Below, in pieces: positions 9,001-15,985 of a stretch of 64,000 nt of DNA. Source of the DNA: a virus (Duplodnaviria; Caudoviricetes). The notes beneath the pieces were generated by a model, which was not told where the DNA came from, searched no databases, and was given only the letters and a program-made list of their open reading frames with translations. The stretch lies in IMG/VR virus record IMGVR_UViG_3300033177_000258; one strand, 5' to 3'. Each line of letters begins with the position of its first letter. The first letter of the stretch is position 1. The translations under genes and the position numbers were made by a program.

Positions 9001-11641
9001 TGGCATGATGTGGCACGAACAGAATCAAGCCGCCGCGCGTGGTGGGTACGGGCGCCCTGCGGGTACGTCTACCGGAGTCGTCCCAGACTTGGCTGACAAT
9101 GTGGAAGCCACGCCGTCGCCCAGGCCTGGCGACGGGCCGACACCGCAACGGAGAGTTGGTGCTTCGGCCGACGACGCAGTACGGCCCGCAACCACACCGC
9201 GAGCTCCTCGCATCCCGCGCGCGCCAGCGGCTAGAATCGGCGTAGCGTCTAGATTGTTGGGCGCCGTTGAACCAATCACAACTGGCCTTTATGCTTCCGG
9301 TCGCTACATGGATGAGCGTGGCGTTGCCAACATGAGCGGGCTGGAGATGACCGCCGTCACGGCTGGTGCGCCGGCAGCCATGCTGGGGATGACCGCTTTG
9401 GTTCGTCGCGTTGCCCCGGCTGCTGGGCGGGCTCTCGCCCCTATTGGACGCGGCATTGCCGGAGTCGCGTCTAGGGTTCCGGGTGTCTCTGGCGTCGTAG
9501 GCCGAGTCGCCCCATGGGCGACCAAAGCAGCCCCTGCCCTTGGCCGGTGGGCTGGCCCTGTCGGGTCGGTCGTTACGGGCGGAATCGTTGGCTATGCCGA
9601 TACTGGTGCCATTCATGAGGCTTACGACCGTGGGGCGACGACTACCGGGGCACAGGCGCTAGAAGGTTTCGGGGCTGCCTACGGTGGGCGCACAGTTGCG
9701 GGCTGGCTTGAGAAGTACGCCGGCATGGACCACAAGCGCGCTGGCCGCTGGGGCCGCAATATAGGCATAGGTATCGGGGTAGGCGGCACTATTGCGGGCG
9801 GCCTGCTGGCTGGCCCTGGGGGTGCGCTGGCGGTAGCTGGATACGGTCTCGGAACGGCCGGAGGCCGGGCCCTCAGGTTTGCTACCGACCAGAGCACCCA
9901 CCATGGTCGCTTCACGTACCAGAAGCCGAGCGGCTCAAGCGCCCCGGTAGAGCAGGCCGATAGCGCTCCGCTTTCTTACCTGCCGCAGGTCCAGCGCACC
10001 ACCGGAGTGCGCCAGATTAGCCGCGACTTCGCCAATACCCTGCTGGCGCAGCAGCGCCAGATGGGCCAGGAAATCCAGAAGAATCTGGCCGCGTCTCTCA
10101 CCGAGTTCCGGCGCGAATCGCCCAACATGCTTGGTCAGGTCTACAAGGGCCGCATGCGCGGGCTGCTCCCCACCGAGTTCTCCGGTCTGGGGCCGCTTGG
10201 GACTGCGTGGGGCATGTCGGATAACCCGCTGACTGGCGTTGGCTCAATCGCGCGCATGGGTGTTACCGAGGGCATCATCAACCGTCTTGGTTACGGCGGC
10301 TCGTTTGGCCGTGGTGGTGGTGTTGTAGCGCAGGAGCAGGCCCAGGCCGCCGAAGGCGCATGGCGCTCGAAGATGGACGCCGCTGTGCAGCAGTTCGGCG
10401 ACTGGAGCTCTTCACAGGACCCGCGCGTGCGCGCGCTGGGCACCTCCATGATGAAGGCCGCCGCCAACCTCGACAAGTTCGGCACGGGTGAATGGGAGAA
10501 GGTCCTGCAGGAAATCCCAGCCGAACTGCGCGGCTCAGCCAATACGTGGGCCCGCAACATGAAGCTGGCGGCGGAGCAGGTCGCCATCTTCAAGGACCGC
10601 TCAGAAATCCTCGGCACCCACCAGAAGGTGGCGGAAAGCGCCGCCAAGCTCGTTGGTGGTGTCGGGCCTACCGGGCGCCAGGAAGTGGGTCGTGTCCAGG
10701 CCGACGCGGCCGCCAACATGCTGCTGAATGGCCTGGCTCCGGGCCGGGTCCGCTCGCCGTTTGAGATGCAGCGCGAAGCCGCCCAGGCTGCCGAGCAGCA
10801 GTTCCGCTCCGGCGCTGCTGACATCTACCAGCAGACCATCCGTGGGCGCACGCCGCAGGACCGAGCCAATGCCCAGGGCGCCTGGAGCGCTCTGCAGGCG
10901 CTGCAGTCGGGCGACACGAAGACCTACAACAACCTCCTAGGAGGTCTGTCCACAGAGTCTCGCTCTGTCGTCACCGGCCTGGCGAAGTTGGCGCAGACCG
11001 CCAACTGGCAGCCGCCGCGTCGGGGAGAAGTCGAGGAGCAGATGCTGACGGCCGCCTATGGCGCCAGCTCTGAGTTCCTGAACTACGCACTCAAGCCCGA
11101 GCAGTACAGCTACCTGATGGGCCAGGGCATGGACATGTCGCCTGTCGTTATGGGCCCCGGCGCAGCACGTGGTGGCCGCGAGCAGTACGCGGTCAACATG
11201 GACTACATGCGCCAGTGGAGCCCAGGCACCGCTGACATGTGGGGCGGGTTCAGTGGGCAGTACACGATGTCTGATGTGTGGGGCCGCTCCACACCGCATG
11301 CGGAAATGGGGCAGAGCAACACCGTGGCCAAGCTCACCGCCAAGATAGACACCTTGGCCCAAGCTCTCTCCGAGGCAACTCAGGTGCAGACGCAAGCCGC
11401 GACACAGCAGACTGAGGCGGCTCAGCGGCAGGTAGAGAACGCCCAGATGTTCGGTGGCCACGTCGCGCGCCTGAATGATGGCGTTGAGGCCGCCGCCAGC
11501 CACGGCCGCGCAGCGGCGCAAGCTGCGATGTCTGGTAGCGGGCGGCACATCCCGCCGTCGCAGATTCAGGGCGGCTCCATAGCAGCCAGTATCGCCGCAA
11601 AGGCTGAGCTTGGAGCGGAAGTGATAAGGCGCATCCACTAG
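2..11641 (+). CDS. Giant phage tail tape-measure protein (5' end outside window)
   Basis: The frame is open from position 2 through the ATG at 65. A TP901/PhageMin_Tail-type core lies at about nt 3590-4440 (IANDYGQSLTNVTQAA...IVDSWTNVTNNAQVTMEDLAEGVARAGASAKMAGVDFDTLNGLIAGG...GSEIGNMLKTVFAKM). It has the TMP motifs KDSFLAWLNKGEYVLPA and GYAEGGYV, is Ala/Gly-rich, and precedes tail genes. Confidence 0.9.
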   Translation, partial: RRGAAAPGSDSRRALAAELGDMLRMLSVAGAPMYGQDTLQFATGGARASVAKGAIGQFIASAGAELGTIIESLQQGSLPIIGYEGGQFPMRQVQRVMSRLGPGVQTRPDSFVRPLQALVSQNIRSFREFHSGAGREWFNALSKGSGMGEFWKQDSSGGRSGKRSTPLDAWRFYSSLPTSEEALALAAANYSGSDTAFVADVAKAFEKAAPGFFDEKKGKGTVGINEEQMKALSGHFIEFRRKVAAEFRANPTGAAMTNARSHFSSLMESLGGLFPGKEGPSNWGSGGAYVNQAMRLWGERLGVPMGEGGLGGGVLTPLAPEFLTPSSLGVLASGRMTSGMPKLSGMANASSMMGLYNRDPYYAALFGGVSKANHRGYGLLRLHQVASGMKYGDTNLIQAITAAKGDPAKLEAIANFFRTQAANVPFFETGGMSQGELTKMLPGLSQEQTGNLSRRGLLEAFGGNLTKYLGALGVGGGVTNAAAQHLSQLSGMPLQDVMKDEMGALTKAYGLSSAKQFITLDDFISQWADATGRRYRPGGAGMQELHAMSAGLHSAKATGELPPWVVDDASVLAQRHGAWPAGQITGEGGSLMNAINEHYPGEFSSGAGVGIGSVPGTVGIGSGGAFTLDALIGPINHLSQAIASLSQQIGTLTERGGSAATPQVERGSVQSVGIAPPTQTGGGGSGGGGGQTPPPDGRVRPIAPMGGGNNGGGNGGSGDNPPPPEDGDFKQRVWAYEESFRLQRELQKQFDAQAVGAFPKLGSEDVSSARRQYAQSVGYGRFGRQYQVGSEEASIGLEFRPDTEGNLQRVIRGNANAANMEQARAQAEVYAKELFSNYHPSRPGMTADEIRAERAGHALDYGFLGQSVASGKVGHGLASTAVDYIATGSGVQVVPRTPSGMMPVNRTDLPGVLRALEAAENEKMREKAREKLGANASEADIARDMRRAQLERVGENIRPINVVDSYGNMNRRMLRWGISADPNGRVSPHLQDVAPEGKVFRSFDEVATHARNLSAVFDELARDARGAGNAMTDEGAFYGEVGREKMRVAGQEVGVRFLRTAGGEVIASPEMGRSIQALPTPQAHAEVQNLLRMRAQEIEKSLDALSQVPGIGNLRSMGRVYDKVPVQWTSPGGHTLLEQQYSMTQTARGVKAIPEQGQLGFARVGGDITNAIEKVGLWAVATGAVYNFMAAVRGAYSLMTKFEEELATSRVLQPGYSDLGRVRKEFIGIANDYGQSLTNVTQAAHLWERQYKNVYQVLELTRESIKLSKVDNIDLAQANKYLEATINEMGFAASDVGRIVDSWTNVTNNAQVTMEDLAEGVARAGASAKMAGVDFDTLNGLIAGGVRATGAAGSEIGNMLKTVFAKMYTTDAARELNQIGVATHEVVNGVRELRPAQEILGDLASKWGTLTRAQQESIALGMAGGVRQVNRLSAVLGDYRTVLDAAARSSEGFGAANREVGIRMDTLAGQFAKLKANVQGVMSSSFFEGGGLNIARSGVSVAQNVVGAVSAAPPMAQGVLVNSLYGIAGVTGLNMMSRIFGGEAALNMGHLRMLANAGRAVGPVGAVETGVGGVINAGAKAVGAAGSAVSGWLGRNSFGRALQEGYRLTARSPIVAAEAAEAVAARGAVEGFTSSLLGGTSIIGGFIGHIKNMSRVMAIVISAVGLLTGVGVAAHYLKTTPEEREIERVQNRQIRLRPLYEARERVDQINQDERKFGALGIAQVIERDELQRRIQELGYKFGVGDGSGVVGLDSASKQAALNAYAGAIGDMSRGRGTERLSALGATVRGLTTWVPANEGGMTGIRQSLDLRDMAVTIGGQKAGADPKLQNQLMAGHMGEATREVAMRLGIAAPQLRQDASVFEIFESLSPNRYVVEGDSALGAFGQAAQSGKDAMLYSWRGSNDRRTDRRVYSLGWDNDAKQYALTQATEKGDTSLVGLFKTVEEAQRHIAASGDNFKAIAGDRKAELTFQETTKSLEVFDDRIKRLGQTTTEVMRVMSSINKQFTTSGVAVGVGAYGSTAASRLTGPMAGAMNQMYEAQQQYNESMGQAALARRNLQSSIMKRRRKGDTRSDEEIIRDAREDARAAKQNQAGAADYVSLEISEADQALNGYLDSARRALDVTRQTAEALREAVENIKSLQDSSLELYNVWSEVGQAVKASRDAAWAMYEVQKTMAADAMASSMSASIGLGGSQHEAALALDRKYEEASSRAISQIAGAYVGGMAANARAFGGEMPMGIRLPSFAQGGPSAYSLLENQLYASSDLAGSGAYSGAPENVLNEAAMTFYRAVGIFAGAVGAPGGSTEGADTSKGRIFGAGLAEGGFSDRIVAQSPHKSKDSFLAWLNKGEYVLPAGMAAVLGPALEQGRTKGGTGALLGLLSGIRGYAEGGYVSPDEETARRFIQRGQRYGSAAGEIPFGSAALRRSPDLLLRIAEQLNTEPGLLRDGFDPTAGSSSRALADLNWLLRKGGAFGPQYTDVIRQRLADAGLPAASNATRFSRLAEQAQAAGRYHSWPATTLRRVGPAWDSFLGTIGRGEEAFMSAYERSSAALGRGFNRMVGGIGAGMDRTSQFIMGNEAGDLFPRLGRGFNRLTSRPMAWGQRAADWMFETEGGFRPAMAGIGRLRAGASGRLDRLSQFIMGNEAGDLFPSMGRGFNRLTERPMAWGDQALDWFTNTSGGFDPAWAAARRLGGGISRFAGNALDRTSQFIMGNEAGDLFPRLGRGFNNMMRRPGQWGNSALNWFVENEGGFRPLASGARRLGRGISNAAYRFPEFIMGNEAGDLFPRLGRGFNNMMRRPGQWGDRALNWFHETEGGFRPLATGVRRGYDSLRGAWMRRGGLPAALQEPVGIGSTEPAIARPAIAPEAPAPVLRRPRRPASMMPPSTMPASARGMGGSEFGAMVAEQRRRYRSQFTLTPEPAAPTLPPVGSRAYYQTARQYGTGYRGLAGRPLLDNEIGYLQRLPGRLQGMSREEARGLYDSGSQAFFERTGRAPATSSERRIGMMWHEQNQAAARGGYGRPAGTSTGVVPDLADNVEATPSPRPGDGPTPQRRVGASADDAVRPATTPRAPRIPRAPAARIGVASRLLGAVEPITTGLYASGRYMDERGVANMSGLEMTAVTAGAPAAMLGMTALVRRVAPAAGRALAPIGRGIAGVASRVPGVSGVVGRVAPWATKAAPALGRWAGPVGSVVTGGIVGYADTGAIHEAYDRGATTTGAQALEGFGAAYGGRTVAGWLEKYAGMDHKRAGRWGRNIGIGIGVGGTIAGGLLAGPGGALAVAGYGLGTAGGRALRFATDQSTHHGRFTYQKPSGSSAPVEQADSAPLSYLPQVQRTTGVRQISRDFANTLLAQQRQMGQEIQKNLAASLTEFRRESPNMLGQVYKGRMRGLLPTEFSGLGPLGTAWGMSDNPLTGVGSIARMGVTEGIINRLGYGGSFGRGGGVVAQEQAQAAEGAWRSKMDAAVQQFGDWSSSQDPRVRALGTSMMKAAANLDKFGTGEWEKVLQEIPAELRGSANTWARNMKLAAEQVAIFKDRSEILGTHQKVAESAAKLVGGVGPTGRQEVGRVQADAAANMLLNGLAPGRVRSPFEMQREAAQAAEQQFRSGAADIYQQTIRGRTPQDRANAQGAWSALQALQSGDTKTYNNLLGGLSTESRSVVTGLAKLAQTANWQPPRRGEVEEQMLTAAYGASSEFLNYALKPEQYSYLMGQGMDMSPVVMGPGAARGGREQYAVNMDYMRQWSPGTADMWGGFSGQYTMSDVWGRSTPHAEMGQSNTVAKLTAKIDTLAQALSEATQVQTQAATQQTEAAQRQVENAQMFGGHVARLNDGVEAAASHGRAAAQAAMSGSGRHIPPSQIQGGSIAASIAAKAELGAEVIRRIH
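7650..8470 (+). repeat. Four in-frame 66-70 aa tandem repeats inside the tape-measure gene
   Basis: FIMGNEAGDLFP(R/S)(L/M)GRGFN... recurs with TTCATCATG at 7712, 7910, 8120 and 8318 (periods 198, 210, 198 nt). Copies 3 and 4 share about 89 identical nt. Confidence 0.95.
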
Positions 11642-11656
11642 GCAGGGCAGGGACGA

Positions 11657-14600
11657 ATGAAGAGATGGACAGGGTACACGCCAGTTCCCGGCACTATCGT
11701 CAAGCAGAGCGAGGGCTTCACCAGCCTCGCTCTGCCTGACTACTACTGGCATGGGAAGAACAAACTGCGCGTCAGAGTGGTGATGTGGCCCGACATGACC
11801 CAGGCGCTTACGCCGGTGGTTGACGGAGTGTCCATCAAGCAGCCCACCTACGGCATCGAACGCGGAGCGCTGTCTTTGTTCGGCGAGTACACCGACAGCA
11901 CCATCTCAGCCCACACCGGGGCAGACAACGGGAACAGCAACACCGGCCGCGCCGACCGGGTGGCTGACCGGCTGGTTCTCGGCAACTACCCGTTGCCCAC
12001 GAGAGCTGGCGCCCACGGCACCTACATTGACACTGCTGTTGGTTGCCGTGCCTGGGCTGCCGCCATGCCCTTCTCGCTCTTCACGCTCGACACCGTGCTG
12101 TGCCCCAAGTGGGAGGACGGCGGTGGCGGCTGGGGGTGGGACCCGGCCAGGTTCTGGATTATCGCCACACCTCACCCCGAAGGCGGGGTTAGTTTCGTGC
12201 GGATGATAGACTACTACGCCGGCCTATATTGGGGGGAAGAGCGCTGGTTCTGTGACGCTCCCGAGCTGATGTTCGGGGGGCGGGCCCCAGAGGGGCACAA
12301 GCCCATCCTGTACATCTCTGAGTGGTCCGACGACGTACCCCCGAGCCCCTATGGCTACCTCTACATGTGCGAAGCCTGCCGCAAGCAGGCCCTTGCCGAG
12401 GGCCGCAAGGACAAGGGTTTCGGCGGGGACAACAGCGCCAACCGCCTCATCAAACTCATCATGGTCAATGGCCAGAACGAAGATGGGGAGGACATCCCTG
12501 GGGCCTGCGCGAACACCACATACAGCTCGCCGGCCACCGCGTCGGGGCGCTCTTACGAGTTCTACTACGGGCACACGCCGCTCCATGGGACCATCGTAAC
12601 GGCTAACCCTGTTTCCGTGAACTCCGTCAATGGCGTTGAGAGGCTCAAGCCCATCCGGCGCATCACGGACCCCGGTGAAGTCGGGGAAGCTGTGCAAGAA
12701 ATCACCGCAGGGTGGAAGTGGAGCAACGGCGAGACGCTCTACGAGACCTGGGGCAGGAACTATGACCCTCGCGGTCTCATGCTGGGGGAGATTAGCACCC
12801 GTGGCTTGGCCCAGCCCAACATGCGGATGTTCGACCCCTACTTCTCCAATGACCGGCCCACCCCGGAAATGCTGGAGTCTGACTTCCTGGCCCCGCGCCA
12901 GTGGATGGACGCCAAGCACGTTCTGAGAAAGAGCTACCCGGTGGGGGAGTGGAGTTTGCCTCCCGAAGTCATATACAAGTGGAAGACCAAGCCAGACCCA
13001 ATCTTCAATGAATCTCTTCCCATTGACGAACCCCTCAACATGAGGGTTTTCAACATGGGTTTGAAAGACAGGAAGAAGAAGTATGTCGCGGGCGAAGGCG
13101 AAGGTTCGGCTACCTGGATATGGGTTCCTAACCGCATGCTCGATACCGTATGGGAAGTGCTGGTCGAGGCAAACCACTTCTACATTGGCTCCAATAGCTC
13201 GACTGTTGGAACTGGCAAGGCCAAGCACCACATTGACCGGCTCTTGATGGGTGAGAAGGAGCTACGCGAGGCGTTTACCAAGGCCATGCTCTGGGGAGCT
13301 GTTGGCGGTGTCGGTGGCCTGCTCATCGGCGGCCTCAGCGCCATCAATGGCGCCATCAACAACCTCAACCTTATCTACGGCAATCTAGTGGAGCCCAAGT
13401 ACGGCGCTGGCGGCTCCGGCGACAAGCCTACGCGCTACGTCCGCACGCAGTACGATACGGAAAAGCGTCTCTACACCGTCACTCTCGCCAATAATGAAGC
13501 CGAGCGCAATGTGGTGCTCCCCAATGGGCAGTTGATGTTCGCCAAGGAGCGTCGCATTGAGAGCCGCTTCGGCTGCGTTCCATCCATTAGCGGCTACTTC
13601 GACCAGCGCGGAGAAATCGTCGTGATGTGGCCTCACAGCAAGCGCTGGATGCAGTCTCCCAGCTTGGTGATGCAGGTGGCCGGGGTCGAGCAGCAGTATG
13701 TCATCGAGAAGTACAGAGCCGTCACGGGCGAAGACAGCAAAGGCCGCAAGACTACCGAAGAAAAGGTCAGTGAGGGATGGGCGGCCAACCCCAACCGGGT
13801 ACATCGGCCGGCTGACTATGGGGTGCGCAATGTCCAGGCGTCAACGGACGAGACCGAGCGCTACGTTGCCTTGGTCTGGGACCAACACCTCGACAACGGA
13901 CACTACATCCCCTATGTCCAATTGGTAGACAAGCACAGGTTGTTCGCGCCACGCGGGGTCATTCGCTCCATCAACGGTGGGGGCAAGGCGTTCATCCCAA
14001 GCGAGTCGTTCGAGCACTTCAAGAGTAACGACGGCGACGGCAAAGTCAACCGTGGCACCGAGTTGGTCCAGCGCGCGGAAGACGGCGTAGAGCGCCTAGC
14101 TGATGCTGAGATGGACCGGCCGCAGGACTGGCGACACGTGTACCCCCTGCCCATCGGCAAGACACAGGTCGTGCTGCTCATTGGGGACAAGGAGCTCATC
14201 TGCGACTACGACCCGGAGACCGGAGTCATGAACCCGGTCACCGCATCGAACGCCGCAACAGTGAACCTCTCAGACACCCAGGCCCCCGTGTCCCACATCT
14301 TCCTGCGGGTGTTGCCGTTCGGACTTTTCAACCCACGCCCAGGTGATGCCGGCGACGGGGCCACGGCCGTTCTGAACACCGGAGTCTTTGAGGGGCCCAA
14401 GTACAACTCTGAGCCACTCGCGCAGGGTTACAACCCAACAGCAACATACGACAACAAAGACGTTCACGTGTTTTTCAATTCGATGTCGGAGCCGGGCCGC
14501 GTTCCCCCTCTGCATGGCGGCGGCTTCTGTGAGTTCGAGGTGAACATCTCTCCCGGCGACGAGGCTCAAGTCAAGGTCTACGGGGCAGAGATGAGGACAG

Positions 14601-15976
14601 CGCCGGGGGGCTCCAGCCCCGCAGTGCAGTGCTACGTCGCCGCATACCCGGCTCGCACGCCGGTCAGACACATGCGTATACCGGCATCGAAGCTGGGCTC
14701 CATGCTCAACACGTACACAAATCCAGCAGAGACAGAAGTGGCCGAGTCCGGGCAGGCAGAGACGGCAGCCGTGGAAGCGATGTTGAGATACCAGGACACC
14801 ATCGCCGACGAGCTGACCAACAACACGGAAGACTTGGGGCTCCTGGTGGCGCGCTGTGGCCCGCAGTTGACCAACAAGGAGTTTAGGCAGGCAGACAGCC
14901 GCATCACCGGCTTCTACAACGCGTACATCGCAAAGCACGCGCCGCCCAAGCCCTACAATGACAAGAACCCCGGCACTCCCAAGGAGTGGGAAGACTACGC
15001 CAACGCCATCACCGACTACGTGTACAACGCGATGGCCGGCTACCTCAACCTGTCGCGCAGACAGATTCTGGTCTTCCTCTACGACAAACTCATGGGAACA
15101 CCCATCGGGCAGACCGCCGTCAAGCTGGCGCTGAGGACCTACTTCACCAACCAGGATGACGACGTGAGGTGCCCCAAGTGCGGCGCCATCGCCCTGTTCT
15201 GCACTGACGTTGTTGAGGGGCTCCACCAGATAGGGACATTCCGGTGCGCTGCTTGTGGTCATGAGTTCACCGATGATTGCCACTACATCGAGATGGAGTA
15301 CGTAGACGCGGCCTGTGACCCGGCGCGCGGGCGCATCTGGCTGGTGGGCGGCATCTACGATACCAACCTCGCGCTCGGCTGCGATGAGGGCTTCCCCTAC
15401 ATCACCAGCAAGATACCGAGCTCTGGCATCTGGGGCGCCGAGCGCGTCATCATGCCCAACGAAGTTGACTACAAGCAGATAGTGGATGAGAACCCCGGCC
15501 CCAACGACAACAAGGCGAAGCCCTACCTTTGGGACACGGCAGACACCCGACAGTGGTCTACCGACAGTTCGTTGCCGGCCGAAGGGGCCAACAATGAGGT
15601 GGACAAGCTGGTGCCTCCCGTCGAAGACGGGCTTGACCACATCAGCTTCATTCCGCCGCACAAGCCGAAGATAATGGCTACGAAGCGTGGCTTGACATGC
15701 TTGCTGCTCACCAGGGAATACTATGATGCGGCGCTGTCCAAGCGAGGACAAGGGGAAGACGAAGAAGAGCTCCAGACGAACCCCGGCGACCATATCGCGT
15801 CCACGGCTTCGCCCAGCATCCCGCGCACGTACTACTCCCGCGATGGGTTCCTGTGGGACTCTGACTATCACAAGGTATGGAAAAGGGAAGCGCCCGAGGC
15901 CGACATCTATGTCCAGCCGAAGCGCGACTGGTGGGAACTACCACTAGACCTCAAAGACAAGACAGGCCATGGGTAA
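11657..15976 (+). CDS. Large putative tail/baseplate structural protein (1439 aa)
   Basis: Long ORF directly after the TMP, with a Gly-rich hydrophobic segment and a CPKC...CAAC motif. No family recognised. Confidence 0.6.
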   Translation: MKRWTGYTPVPGTIVKQSEGFTSLALPDYYWHGKNKLRVRVVMWPDMTQALTPVVDGVSIKQPTYGIERGALSLFGEYTDSTISAHTGADNGNSNTGRADRVADRLVLGNYPLPTRAGAHGTYIDTAVGCRAWAAAMPFSLFTLDTVLCPKWEDGGGGWGWDPARFWIIATPHPEGGVSFVRMIDYYAGLYWGEERWFCDAPELMFGGRAPEGHKPILYISEWSDDVPPSPYGYLYMCEACRKQALAEGRKDKGFGGDNSANRLIKLIMVNGQNEDGEDIPGACANTTYSSPATASGRSYEFYYGHTPLHGTIVTANPVSVNSVNGVERLKPIRRITDPGEVGEAVQEITAGWKWSNGETLYETWGRNYDPRGLMLGEISTRGLAQPNMRMFDPYFSNDRPTPEMLESDFLAPRQWMDAKHVLRKSYPVGEWSLPPEVIYKWKTKPDPIFNESLPIDEPLNMRVFNMGLKDRKKKYVAGEGEGSATWIWVPNRMLDTVWEVLVEANHFYIGSNSSTVGTGKAKHHIDRLLMGEKELREAFTKAMLWGAVGGVGGLLIGGLSAINGAINNLNLIYGNLVEPKYGAGGSGDKPTRYVRTQYDTEKRLYTVTLANNEAERNVVLPNGQLMFAKERRIESRFGCVPSISGYFDQRGEIVVMWPHSKRWMQSPSLVMQVAGVEQQYVIEKYRAVTGEDSKGRKTTEEKVSEGWAANPNRVHRPADYGVRNVQASTDETERYVALVWDQHLDNGHYIPYVQLVDKHRLFAPRGVIRSINGGGKAFIPSESFEHFKSNDGDGKVNRGTELVQRAEDGVERLADAEMDRPQDWRHVYPLPIGKTQVVLLIGDKELICDYDPETGVMNPVTASNAATVNLSDTQAPVSHIFLRVLPFGLFNPRPGDAGDGATAVLNTGVFEGPKYNSEPLAQGYNPTATYDNKDVHVFFNSMSEPGRVPPLHGGGFCEFEVNISPGDEAQVKVYGAEMRTAPGGSSPAVQCYVAAYPARTPVRHMRIPASKLGSMLNTYTNPAETEVAESGQAETAAVEAMLRYQDTIADELTNNTEDLGLLVARCGPQLTNKEFRQADSRITGFYNAYIAKHAPPKPYNDKNPGTPKEWEDYANAITDYVYNAMAGYLNLSRRQILVFLYDKLMGTPIGQTAVKLALRTYFTNQDDDVRCPKCGAIALFCTDVVEGLHQIGTFRCAACGHEFTDDCHYIEMEYVDAACDPARGRIWLVGGIYDTNLALGCDEGFPYITSKIPSSGIWGAERVIMPNEVDYKQIVDENPGPNDNKAKPYLWDTADTRQWSTDSSLPAEGANNEVDKLVPPVEDGLDHISFIPPHKPKIMATKRGLTCLLLTREYYDAALSKRGQGEDEEELQTNPGDHIASTASPSIPRTYYSRDGFLWDSDYHKVWKREAPEADIYVQPKRDWWELPLDLKDKTGHG

Positions 15977-15985
15977 GGTGGTTCA

